DNA from: Raillietiella orientalis
Taxonomy: Eukaryota
Reading direction: 5' to 3'
Length of the DNA: 64,000 nucleotides
Assembly (NCBI GenBank): GCA_036172245.1
Contig: JAYWIR010000055.1
Span: forward strand, 620,001-684,000
Part shown: piece after piece, positions 1 to 12,800 of the stretch
How positions within the stretch are numbered: the first letter of the stretch is position 1
Layout: each line of letters starts with the position of its first letter
Made by a program: the position numbers and the translations under genes
Notes under the pieces: generated by a model
Databases searched by the model: none
What the model was told of the DNA's origin: nothing
Seen by the model: the letters and a program-made list of their open reading frames with translations, nothing else

Positions 1-840
1 ATGTTTCCAAAAGATTGCAACGTAATATCTCTGGAGGGTTAGGATCAATACGGAAGTTTGCCACCTTGATGCTGAATTGGTTATCTGCATAGTGTAGAAT
101 ATCGATTCCTGCCTCATTGAGTAAAGATGTCTATGTGATTGACTTTTGAGTAGCTTAGCCAGATTGGTTTCTACCTTTGCCAGTGAACTTTTTTAGCATG
201 AAAGGATTGGGAAGTTGAACTTTTTTTTTTCTAATTAGAAAGAGTGTAACAGTTATTAATTGTACAGGGGTTAAAGGTATCATGTGTGTTGCAACTGGTA
301 TGTATAACGCCAGTTGAAGGGAAAGTTTTAGGCAGGGTGCAATGATATGATGGCATAAATGGGATGAGTGAGAGGTTAGTTAGGTTTAGGTGGGTAGTTA
401 GTTACTTAGGGTATCAAGACTTGATATGTGACATAAAATAAACAGGACCTAGGATCTTGTTGCAGATGATGATCTGTCCAGGAAGTTGGGTAGTGATGAG
501 GAGGATTCATTTTGAGACATTTAAAAGGAAGGATGTGTGGAGTGTTGGTGTCATGGCGAGTAAGCAATGGAAAGTACGCTTCTGTGGGTTGAAAGCGTTC
601 TCTGGTGAAAATAATTTCTTATAAAGGTATGTGATTATTGTTATGGGATTGCCTGTCCATACTGTGATGAGAATGAGAGTTGGGGAGAGTATGAGATGGT
701 CCGTGTTATGTGATCTGGGGGTGTGGATTGTGGCAAGTTATTAGAGATGAATCAGAGCTTTTGATTTTTCTGATGTTGAGTCAGCATTGTGATAATATAG
801 ATTGTGGATCAGGTATGTTAGCATACCATTTTCGTCACAT
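1..840 (-). mobile_element. Highly decayed non-LTR retrotransposon (LINE) fragment, endonuclease end and linker before RT
   Basis: Minus-strand translations give TDHLILSP and NNHIPL (like the APE endonuclease IDH and SDH motifs), AGIDIL (like APGxDGI) and YVAIFWKH (like YFPxxWK). Many stops and frameshifts. Confidence 0.35.
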
Positions 841-2940
841 AAAAGCCATAAATTCTCGTTTTTGAATTTCTCGTTGCTTTTAAGTATTTTGGAAGAGTCA
901 CACTTGAGCACGTTCAGCCTCTATCCAGAAATATTGGTAAACAGTGTATGTAATTTTATATCAATGTGGTAATACTATCAACAAAATAATAACGGTATTG
1001 AATTTTTTTTATGTGTGTATACGTTGCATACGCAGTTATCTGGGTGCAGACTTATGCACAGCCGAATAAAGGTTTTCTTTTAACAGTTTTGTTTTCCTCA
1101 TATTTTTGTAGTTTGCTTCTTCATTTATTCGTAATATACTGCAGTTTTGCACTTTGTACTAATCATTTAATATGTAACGAGCTATGTATCAAAATAGCAT
1201 TTTTGATAAACGTCTCCACTCTTTTCGAGAAAAAATAGAAACGTAAACAGTCGAATTCGAGAAAATTCTCATGAGATATGTTTGGTACATTCTCATATAG
1301 TGATTGACCTCACGGGGTTGAGGAAAGTTGAGTGAAATGTTGGTTGGAGCACTTTGCGACGCTCGCAATTGGGAGTCGTCGAATTTTACCGGTTACATGG
1401 GCGGTGAAAGGGTGGTCATCATGCATTTACCTGGAGTGATTTTCATTTCTTCAGCATCTCCGGTTGCACCCGCTACGTGGACCTCCGCTTTTATTCTATC
1501 GCCCCTTACATATTTATGAACCTGCCAAAAAACATATGCTCGAGCTTTTCCATCCTTGCACGCTGGATTCGGCCCGGTATTGGCGTGTAGTACTCTTCAT
1601 GTAAAGCCATCCATGACAGGTTTGCGTGTAGAATATGTCAGCACATATCGGAGAAGGGGATTGGGAAGTTAGGAAGCAAAATGAAATATTGGGAAATGTT
1701 AGGAGCCCAGATGAAAGTGCAGTGTGAGACCGAAGTCGTGCAGGCATCGAGTAGCCACTGTGGCACCTTTCCAGGTCGTGAGTTTTCGAAAGCTTCCGGC
1801 AATTGAGCAGTATTTGGGCGGGAAAGGAATGGCAGTAAAGAGTCGCAGTGCCAGAAAACTTTCCAACATAACCACTGAAACCCATGGTGATCGTAACCAA
1901 CGTTTCCTTCAAGCATGGCCATTTGAGAACTGATTGAGGAAATCGTAAAGAAAGATGGATAGTAACGAACCCCACTCCCTGCTCCGTGTAAAGGAAGTGA
2001 AGCGCCATGTAGGGTTCGATCAGTCATTAAAAATGCAAAAGTCATCAAGGATAAACTTTACGTAGTCTGCGATTGGGGTTGTCCTTGCTTCCTGCATTCT
2101 CCTATGCAAGCGTATGTAGGAGCAGAGTGCTGTTTAGAGTAAGGGAGTGAGCTCTGGTGAGGAGGAAGTTCAGGGCTGTCCGTAGGTCCCTGTCGAGCAT
2201 CAGATCACTTTTCGTGTTCTTATCAGAGTGAGGTGGAAGCAAGAATAGGGTCCAAATGAGTTTGTGAGTAAATGTTGGAGTGACTCAGGGTAGCGAAATA
2301 GGCAAAGCGAAAACCCCAAAACTGCGGCAATCCGTGCTAAATGAAGGAAGGCGAACGTTGAAGAATCAGAGGCCGTTTAAAAAGGCAAAGCTGAGAAAAC
2401 GAAAGATTCGTAAGGATGTCGGTGTGAGAAAGCAAACCGATAAGCAGTCCGTTACATGCACGAAAATCCGTGACGCCTTTTGCATCTCATTAAGAAAAGC
2501 ACCACAGTCAGTGTGGGATCCAAGACTTGCTCAAGGGGAACGACTTCGGTGAAAGGGATCCTTTCGTGACCAACGCACAAACGATCAAAGTCTTATTCTT
2601 TGAAAACTGCTCTAGAGACGTGATACAGTGAAAATGAACATCATCGCCTGCAGAATGTAAATGAATGCATCTAGACGCTGCATCGTATTCTTGGAATTAG
2701 TACTGTATTTCCAATATAAAATTAGCACAGCGTATAGTATTCGGTTCTGCAGTCACATCAAAACAGCAGTGTAGTGAATCCTAAACGTTAGTTAGTTCGG
2801 TGATTGTAGTAAACCCTTACGGGGAAACTTGCAATTAGGTGCCTGGTTGTGGATTCTCGTTATCCCAAAGGGCGATGCACTGTCGTGTGAACGAATCTTT
2901 CACCTCATTCAAAATGCTAAGATGGTGTATTTCTCCACAG

Positions 2941-4120
2941 ACAAGAGTTTAGTTACCGGAAGGCTGGACGTTATTCCTGCAGAGTTGCCCGTCAAATACG
3001 AAGATGAGGAGGAAGAATGGGATGAGTTGGATTGTAATACCGAGCCGAGCTATGATCCAGAAAAAAAATTCCAGAAGGAGATACTTTTCAAGTTAGTTGA
3101 GCACGTTATTGGAGTCCACACTTGAAGGGAAATATTGTAGAAAACCTCAGGGAAGTGGAAAAGCTGAAAAGCGGAAATCTCGGCTGGAACACATTGCTCG
3201 ATGCGAGCAGCTAGAAAGCCTGTTAGTTGGTTCGTGTTAATCATCCTACACTTTATAAATTTTTGCGCCTAGAAAAAAAGTGAAGATGGAATCCGGAGTT
3301 GTTGAAAAGAAGGAAATTACCCCAGTAAGGCAGCCAAGAACGTGGGGTAAAGCTGTGTTTCCCGTGAAAGGTAAGCCGGAACTTTTAAAGCTATTACTAA
3401 TACTTGAACGAATTGCAAGATGATGATATTGATGCTAACGTTTCGATTCCTTCATTTCCGTCTCAGCCTGTTGGATGTGGTAGAGGAAGGGGAACTCCTT
3501 TATCAAACACTGTGGTATCTCCAGGTGTAAGTCAAACAAGTACAAGAAATCAGGTATGGCAGCAGTGTTCCGATTTCGTGATTCATTAATCTCTTCATGA
3601 GTGGAAATTCGTTTGAGACAGAACCGTAATTGGATTGATGAGACACTATTAAACGAGCGTGCACTGTTGGTCATTAAAATAGTCTCATTACAGTGCTTTA
3701 TCAGTAATTGGTTACCTCGTAATCAAGTGAGCGAATTATCCCTTCTCAATCTGACTGCTAAAATTTACAAAACTGCTAAATATTTAAGTGTTTATCGTGC
3801 CTTAATCAATTGTTTAAGAGTCGATAGAATTTTGTAACGAATTTTTTATGTTAATTTGGATTACCCAAAATAACTAGACGATCATTTCGTAAAACAAGAT
3901 GCTATGAATAGTAACAGAGAATATTATTTGGCAGTTTGTTCCATACACTATGGAAGTGTGGTCAACATGAATAACTAATCTATGGTTGTCATTGTGTGAT
4001 TTTCGATGTGTACTTATTAATTGCATATTTTATTTAGATGGCATCATATCACCGATAACATCAAAAGCAACATGTTACCAATCTCATTCCCGCAGAGTGG
4101 ATCCCAGGATTTTTAAATAA
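2941..4120 (+). CDS. Spliced gene of unknown product; acidic W-D..YDP segment plus basic segment reminiscent of the GTSF1/Asterix C-terminal region (5' exons not found)
   Basis: Exons 2941-3091, 3141-3221, 3273-3370 and 3420-~3553 join in frame across GT-AG introns of 49-51 nt: KSLVTGRLDVIPAELPVKYEDEEEEWDELDCNTEPSYDPEKKFQKEILFKKPQGSGKAEKRKSRLEHIARCEQLESLKKVKMESG...DDDIDANV. A possible last exon starts near 4039 and an AATAAA lies near 4235. The product call is weak. Confidence 0.45.
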
Positions 4121-4379
4121 CCTTATTAATGCATTGTGATAATTTGGGCCAATAGCAAACATTTTATCATTCATAATTGGGGTGGAATAGAATTGGGGTA
4201 GAATAGAATTTTTGATTATATTCTCCATCTTCTCAATAAATTAGAGTTATTGGAGTCCATAATTGATTTTATTGCTTGAGTTGCATTGTTGTTGTCCTTC
4301 ACAAGGTTCATTGTGGATGTGTGCTAGTTAATAACCTATGTGAATGACGTTTTTCCAAACAATGTGTCTTAATTTATGA

Positions 4380-5388
4380 ATGGATGATAACCACGAGTCA
4401 ATCACCTTTTTACAAGCAGAACTAAAACTATGTCAAGATAACTACCAAAGGTCTATGAATTCACCCTTCCAAGATCACTAATTTTATTTTGTATCCATTA
4501 GATTACTTGCAGGTTACAGACATGCGCAGAATCTAAATAACAATTTGGAGGACAAGTTGTTGAAAATAGTAGATGCTTGTCAGGCAGACAGGCAGTTGCT
4601 TGTCAATGATCTATCTACAGTAACAAAAAAACTTGTTGAGGCTCGTGCAACTATTGAGGAACTGAAAAAGGAATGTGTGAGTAAATCTTCAGGTGTGAGC
4701 AAATGCAGTTTTGTTTTGTGTGCTTTTCCATAGGAGCGTTGTCGCAACGACTGCAGTTTAGCAGTACAGTTACTTCAGTGTCGTCCATCTAACTTTGTTT
4801 CCCAACGAATAGAATCGGTAAACGTTTTCTTCCAACTTAACTTGCTCACCAGATGTTGCCATCTAGTTACCCATTGATTTACAAGAGAAAGTGAGAAAGC
4901 ATTGGAAGCAAAAAGATGTGTGTCCCTCAAAGGAGAAATCAGAATCAAAAACCATCACCGTATCCATACCCACTTTTCCACCCACAGCAATGGTATATTC
5001 TGTAACTGCAGGTAGTTCATTTTCCTTAGTAGTTTGTTATGTCTGCATGTTCATAGATTCCTGTGATAATGTTAAAAACAAACCTTCAAGCGATGTTGTT
5101 TCTGCAGCAATTGTTGCCAAAGTATTAGAGGAGAGGGAAAAAGAACGCCAGCAAATGCATTGTGCCACATGCACATGCCCAGTGAATCAGCATCATGATC
5201 TGCCAGATTTGATGGCCTTTGACAATGTAATTTGTGATTCTGATTCAATAAATGTTTTTAGAAACTATGACAACAAAATTGCATTTCGATCAAATGCTTT
5301 CTCTTTCGAATTTTTCTTGTACAGAATTTTGCCTTCACAAGTAGGGCAAAACACTCTCGCTTCTTTATTTTGGTATTCCAATCGATGA
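4380..5388 (+). CDS. TJAP1: Tight junction-associated protein 1 (Pilt)/BEGAIN family coiled-coil protein
   Basis: Exons 4380-4450, 4502-4676, 4734-4817, 4867-5011 and 5057-~5388 with GT-AG introns. Spliced product contains NNNLEDKLL, ERCRNDCSLAVQLLQCRPSNFVSQRIESLPIDLQEKV, IPTFPPTAMVYSV and DVVSAAIVAKVLEER, which I recognise from this family. Start and 3' end uncertain. Confidence 0.75.
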
Positions 5389-8300
5389 AGTTTGTGCTAC
5401 CAGATGTCTCGTGAGAACTTGAGTTTGCACACTTCAGTTTCACCAGTTGACAGGAGTATGGCAATTCATTGGTACTTATTAATGTCTAAGTATATGCAGT
5501 CATGTGGAATTGTGGAATTCCTCTGCTTATATTCCTTCATGTGTATACTAACAGTGACTTCTTACCTTCCAAAGTAAAAGAATATGAAGCATTTAGTGTA
5601 ACTTTCAAATTGACAAGGTGGAAGTAGTGGCGCAGTGTGGAACTGTGTGTCCTCCAACTTTTGTGTGGTGAATTAGCAGTCAGCTGCTTTCACTCAGTGG
5701 TTTGGAATTTACATATGTGGAAACTTCAAGTGCTGAGCATGATCATGTTTTGAGTAATAACAGCATGCAGCAAATTTGTTGTATTACAGCATTGATTGTT
5801 ACATTCCACAGAAGTAAGTCGGGAAACGTCACAGGGATTTTACGACATTCAAAGCTTATAAGATAATGATTTAGAGTTCACTAGGAGTGAATTTTTTTTT
5901 TCTAATTCGACTTCCAAAGGCTCATGTCTATTTCTTATGGTTCTATAATTCTTGCTGGGATTATATTGAAGTTGGGGGGCTATGGAATGGTACGGTTGTT
6001 TCTAAAATATAATTATGGGGTTATAAGGTTATGGTTAAACTCAGCCTTTCACAAGTGGTAGGCTTTTTGATTGAAGGATGGAAGGGGAAGAAAGGAGTGC
6101 ACTTTAGTTTTCAAAGAGCTGATAAAGGTAAGACTTTTGAAGACAAAGCAGGAAGTAATGACTACTTTTCCGAACCTTATTCTTAGTTGGTAACAAAAGA
6201 TCCCTAAGCTCACAAGAATTATTTGCTACCTTCTACTCTACTTCTCTTCTATACTCTACTGCTAAATGATATATTGCAAAAATTTTCTTTTAATAAGTAT
6301 CAAACACGATACGTGAGTGATAATAGAAATCGGAAAAATTCTACTCAGCAAGCTGTTCCAACGTACATAAGCCAGGCTTTGATACAAATCAAAATGCCGA
6401 TCGGATCCCATGCACTTTCCATTCTTAAGACTCCCTGCCCTTCCCGGTAATGCTGTGTGCTGACTTCAAATTAAATTTACAAATAGTGCACTGATTTATT
6501 GTTTTTCAATAGCAAACATGCTGAAAATTCTATTTTTTTTACAATGCGTATAATTTTTCATTTTCATCTTCAATTTAAAGCCATAACAAGATGAAAACAA
6601 TTATTCGTCGTGATGTACAGCGAAATTTCGTGTCAGCAATATTTAACTCGTTTTCACTAAACAGCACTTTTTTGCTAAATTCTTTGAAACTCATGGCATG
6701 ATTGCTTTTGTCATAGAGAAACCATAAAGGACACTCCCCAGCATAGATACGTTGGGACTGGGAGATTAAGCTGTACTCATATTCCTGGTTTGAAATATGG
6801 CTCAAAAGATTCAAGCCTGTCTGATGTATTACATTAAGCCAACCATGGGTTATTCTCAATTATAGAATGATACACTGCTTGCTTCCCTTCAGTGAAACCC
6901 CAAATGATGCATTTATCTTCTGTTAGTCACTTAATCAACTCAAACGTAATTAAGTTTAGCATGCATTAAACTCCTTACATTTAAGAAATCTGATGGATTG
7001 ATCCAAGCGGCTTTTGATAATGATATGTTCTTGATAAGGTTTCCTTGTGATAAAGTTTTTGATCTTTTAGTGTTTAAAGTACTTTTAATGGTTTTATGAA
7101 AGCCCATTGCTATGCATTAAACAATGGTCAAATGACAAGAAGCATCAAAACTTGCAGCAAAGAACAGCCAGAAATGACTTGGGCAGAACTCAAGTTGGCA
7201 AACCACATCTACCACATCATTTGAAGTGATTGAAAACGAAAACTGTTGGAGTAACACTGTTTACGCATGAGAATTAAAAGTGCAAAAAAAAAAAAAAAAA
7301 TCAACATATCTTCAATAAAGACGTCTTTTATTTCTCAAGGTACATTGTAATTTTCCTGAACGTAATTACGGAAAACAGTAACATTTCAGATGGGAGTGAG
7401 CCCAGCTGAAATGGTTCATGACTTCAAGAACTATGTTACATATGAAATCAACACTAAAGTTTTGAAACATTCCCCTCTCCTGCTTGTTTTGTTCTCCTAT
7501 ATGTTTGTCCTATATGCTGTTCTATGTTTGTCCATCTAACAACGTCGTAATGTTGATGGATGATGATGCTTTTCAAATCATATTTGGAAACATGATTTGA
7601 AATGACCCCTGCTTCAAAATGAACTTGTTTCCTCAGTTTCGCATTTGATCAGATCTACAAAGCTGTTTTATTATTGCGCTTGGGTATGATGAAAACATGC
7701 AAACGTATGATAAACAAAAGCATTCGCAATTTCTTTGCTGTGAAATATGAAGGAACACTGTGTAACCAATGTAAAGCACAGCAGCATACCAAGTGAGGCA
7801 CCACATATGAGGGCAACATTTCTGTTGAAGAAAAGTTTCATAATGCAAGTGTTAGCATCAACACATGCTCAGTTAAGAAATGCCCTGGGAAATACATTTA
7901 AGAATACATTGGATGATTCACTTTCAAACAGTAAAGTTGGGATCCAGCATTTTGTAGTGTTCCCAGATCTTTACCCAAAGATAGGGAAAACTTACAAAAA
8001 CGAGAAATACGTAATGAAAATTTACCTGCTACTGTCTTCAAAAGAATTCTGCTTTTATATAGCCGTAAACTGAGTTAATTCCACAGATTGAAATGTACTT
8101 CTTTTACATCATTGATTGTTTTGTATTTGGCAGCACTGTAGATTCTGTTACACAGCCTGCTGATGACCACATGGCATACAAAAATCAAGGTTTGAAATGC
8201 ATAACTGTGATATTATAGTTACACATCTCATCTCTATTCATACCAAGTAAAATCATGATTGTTCTCAAAATGAAACCAATTTTCTTTAAAATGATTCCGG

Positions 8301-9851
8301 AACCTATATCTTATGGAAGCAGAGGGAATGAATGGACTCAATTCCAACAAGCTTACTGTTGAATCACAACCATCTAATGTTGAAAGGGCTTTCTTGGGAA
8401 AAAAAGTTGTAATTAAACACTGTGCAGCAAGCATTTCAAAGAAGGCTGGAAAAATGGCAGCGTAACTTTCCTAATCACGTAGTCTGGAACTAACATCCAT
8501 GTGCAGCTATGTGTGTGATGATTTGCAACTAGCAGATACCAAATAAGGGTGGTACATGTGCTCAGTAACAACAATTACGAAGTATATTGTTCTACGATGA
8601 GTCCATCCTTTTCATTAGGCATTACGTGGATGTTTGAATCCGGTTCACACGGGTTGATGCACATTTCTACCTCAGTAGCCATCAGTAAGCAAAAACAGAA
8701 TCTCATTCCTCAAAATGAACTGCTTGGTGGTTTATGAGAATGAGTTATTAGATCAAGGTTTCTGTCAGATGCTTTTCTTATCTTTCAGAGATTAGGAAGC
8801 AGTTTAAATAAGCCAATGAAATCCCTGAAATCCTGAATGCTTTGATGAAGTACTGCACTGTCACATATATTTCTGTTTCTATGTGATGTTGACTGCATAA
8901 ACTGATCGCTTCAAACATAAAGACTTCAGCCACCCTAATCTGCCCTTCTGCATGAGCGCTTTTCCATTGGAGATTCAGGGGAGATTATGACCACCAAAGT
9001 GGTAACAATCCAAGGAGAAAACAAATCCAAACCATTGTGGAGAATACTCAAACACCAGAAGCAATCAAGAAAAGCATGAGAAGCTTTTTAATGAAAAATA
9101 AAAGATCTCCTCCCACTGAAAATGCTTTTGAATTAGTGCACAGTCTCGAGTCCTGAGATGTTACAAAATATTGCATACTAATTTAGAACATCGACTTTTT
9201 ATGCATTCATATTCCTGATTCATGGTAAATGCGGATGGAAACATTAATCCTCAATGCCAAGAATAAACAATGCGGACTTTCGGAATAGTATAGTGATTTA
9301 CGTCCCAAACAAACATATTCAAACGAGAAATGATTCTTTCATTTATTCAAAATACGGAGGAAAAAATCCCCCCCTCCCTCCCAATTCTTTATACAACAAA
9401 GAGGTTAACGAAAATACCAAGTTGGCATTTGAAGGATGCAAACTTGCTTTGCATACTAATCCACACAATCAAATCATCATACACAAAAACAAAAGGACAA
9501 AAGTAGCTTGCATAAAATCAGGTCACGAAATTATAAGTTATGAAATAAAACAAACATATCCACCACAGGCAAGTACCTGCCACATGAAAACGAAATGCAT
9601 CACGCCTTGTGCATTACTGGGTGGTAATTTCTTGCACTGAATCCTATGTCGATAACTTAACAAAAAAAGAGCATGTAGAAAACAAGAATGGGCAAGTTTA
9701 TACACTGATTATAATGGTTCATGAGTAATTACAGTAACCTGAACTTCATTTCATTCATTCTCGATCTCCAATTTTTTCATTATAGAAACAAAAATATGTT
9801 ACATCCAATGTTTCAAGTGATATGCTGATGACTAGTTTATGATGATGTATC

Positions 9852-12800
9852 TCATTCAGTTTCTATTGCTTGTCTCTCCACCATGTTGCGGAGATGGCCA
9901 TTTGGTATTTGCAATAACTCCACTAATGGTCCTTGCTCAATAACTCGTCCATTATTGAGAACTACAATATTATCTGAAACAGGAAAATAGCATGTTTATT
10001 TTTTTTCCTCAGTAGCCTCAGAAATATGTACAGAAATAATGTGAAATGTGTAAACATGGAGGCTAAACCGTTTTGTGAAAAATTCAAACAAATCACACAC
10101 ACACACAAACCATTCAATCAAATATTCATTAAAAAACCATGCTGTTAAAGCTATGCTTCACTATTGTCCTGTTCTCATGGTCAGCTCGAAATTGTCCTTA
10201 AAGTTCAAAAGTAGTGACTATACGTTTTGCATGTCAGAAACATTCATTTACAATGATATTTTGTACACAACACGTTCATATTATCAAATGACTAAGTTTT
10301 TCAAACATACATATGCATCCTTATGGTGCACTAATTAGCATGAATCGGCACTTATGCCGATTCATGCTAATGATGTTTTGAATGGACTTTGTATTTCCAC
10401 ATTTCAAAGCTACTGCACTTCAACTCAAAATCAACGGTAACTTCAAGTTGTAATGAATGTGGTTGTTCAAAAACTCCATCTTCACTTCTGCTGTTATTCA
10501 CAAACGTTGTAATACCGGTGACAATGAGCACGACTTTTTCTGAGCAGATAATTCACAAGTACTTTCGAATCGGTCAGAGGATTTGCAAGCTCTAACTGAT
10601 GCCACTTGACCACATTCTGGGCTATTCACTAATATTCTTCATGAAATCAATGACTGTTCAGATTTCTTTACAATTACCGAGATATTGTACTTCGGAGTCT
10701 CACACAGTTGAACACAGGAAAGTTCTGAATCGATTATTTTACTCAGTCACTAAGTTGGTTGCATTCTCTTTATCAACTGCTTTTTCAAAGGTCACAAAGG
10801 TACTGAACATTTCATTTGATGTGTAACATGTTGAAGTTTTTCCTGCAAAATCTGAGTCAGTACATCCCAATGTCAATGGAATCGTTCCTCATTCTCTCAA
10901 AAAGTTTGCAATTTCTCTTGGGCTGTGAAGTTGCTTACTTAAATCATTCAGAATTCACAAGCATCGCGTACAGTGAACACTCATCTTTGTATCAATAATG
11001 ATTAAAACATTTGCATGCTAATCCATACAATTGAATCATCATACATGTAACAATAAATAACAAACAGAAAGCACACTGCAAACATCTCGTGATAAAAGTT
11101 CAAACAGTCCTCATGGAAATTTCGACTGAATGAAATCACTGAAAGTTGAACAGTTCGTTATAGAAACTTGATCGAATTTTGGAATTCAATATGGCAATGA
11201 GAGAATCATATAGACAATGTAATAATAATGTGGATTTGCCCCTTTTCCACATTTTAAACAAGGAAAATAAAAAAAAATAAAACTCGAAACAAAGCTTGAC
11301 CCCTGTAAAATTTAAACAGTTTCATTCTGCTTCAGATCTCTCTGATTTCCCACTGATTGTAAATGATTTATGGTTTTCGACCCGAGAATAATGTAAGGAT
11401 ATGCTTATCTTCATTATTATTATATAATCGATTTATTTATAGATCTTTTATTTAACCTTAGTAAATTCAAAACACCAAATTGCATAGCGATTTTAATGAA
11501 GTGCACTTATGAGGAAATTGATTTCCAAGTACATAAATGACTATAAAACAGATGACATTCAAACACAACATGCTTGAAGGCAAGAAAAAAACTTCAACAC
11601 ATTGGGATAAGCTATACAATATTCAATCTTCGTAGAACCTGAATTATATGATAAACAGCTTGCAGAATTTGACAATCCTGTTCTATCAAAAGCCATGACA
11701 ACATCTACGATCTAGACCAGACTTATGAAATTTATATCAATTTAATATACATCTTTTGTAACTTAGTCATGGAGTAATGGCAGTAATAAAGTTTGCCATG
11801 TCTTTGTACTGCACACACAAGCAACTGCTTTAAAAACTTAAAACTTAATCGCATATACACTATTTCCAACTGATTAATCATTTACAAAATTTGAAGTTCG
11901 CTCTTACTCTGCTGATTGCTCTTCATTATGGACTTTCTTAGGCAACAAAACAACTGCAACACCTTAGAAATTACACTTCATGCTGTTTTTCCATTGAACA
12001 TCGTAGCACTATTAATGTTTTGTTGCATAATGTACATGCAATCCACAAAACAAAAAAAAAAACAAAAAAAAAAAAAACTTTTAGACAAACTAAAGGGTTA
12101 GCAGACTTCATCACTTCGAATAACTGCTGATCAGTGAGTTATTCTTAACATAAAGCTCCAAATGAAGTATTTTAATGCAATGAACCAGAAAACAAAATGG
12201 CTTTTGCCTCAGTAAATTTGAAATTCTTTGTGCTTGCAAAAATTTTTCACAACCATACTGTTTTGAAAATTACTCATTTTAATACAGTCTCAAACCCATA
12301 ATCTGCTATGCATCACTACATTTTCTTCTGAAATCTGATTTAGTCGAACAAAAAACTTTGCCTCCATTCAGGTAAACCGAAAACACTCAGCATCCATTCA
12401 ACAACCATCCAAACAAACTAATCACAATGAATACTCATTATATTAATTGGGAAAAAAATAATCGATGAGCACCATGAGTTTATGTCTGGGTTCATTGATT
12501 TCCACTATTAGACAGCCAACATATTTGTGAAGGTTATGTCTATTAATGAGTATATAGCATGATATTCTGTACCTTTACATGCATTCACTTTATGTTCAAT
12601 TTAAAGCAATGGGATAATAGGAATGTGCAAAAATGTTTTATATAAATTAAAACTAATTCTAAATCTTACAACAGTTGCATAAGGAAATGCAAATTCCCTA
12701 TGTCAAAAGTACCATGACATCAATGTTTACTGATTTCGAATTATACATTTATATTCTGATAGAATGGAAGAATTTAAATTTTGGTCTATTGCAATAATCA

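Noticed and set aside
1328..2552. ORFs 1514-2008, 1638-2048 and 2280-2552
   Set aside because: No recognisable motifs or consistent splice structure.
5625..5690. gtggcgcagtgtgg A-box-like tRNA/SINE start
   Set aside because: No B-box or cloverleaf downstream.
8900..9100. QKGRLGWLKSL on the minus strand as a LINE GGLG-like motif
   Set aside because: A single weak motif with no supporting neighbours.
10430..11000. Possible hAT transposase C-terminal relic in the ABCB10 intron
   Set aside because: Only vague fragments (YNVCE) among many stops; no terminal inverted repeats found.
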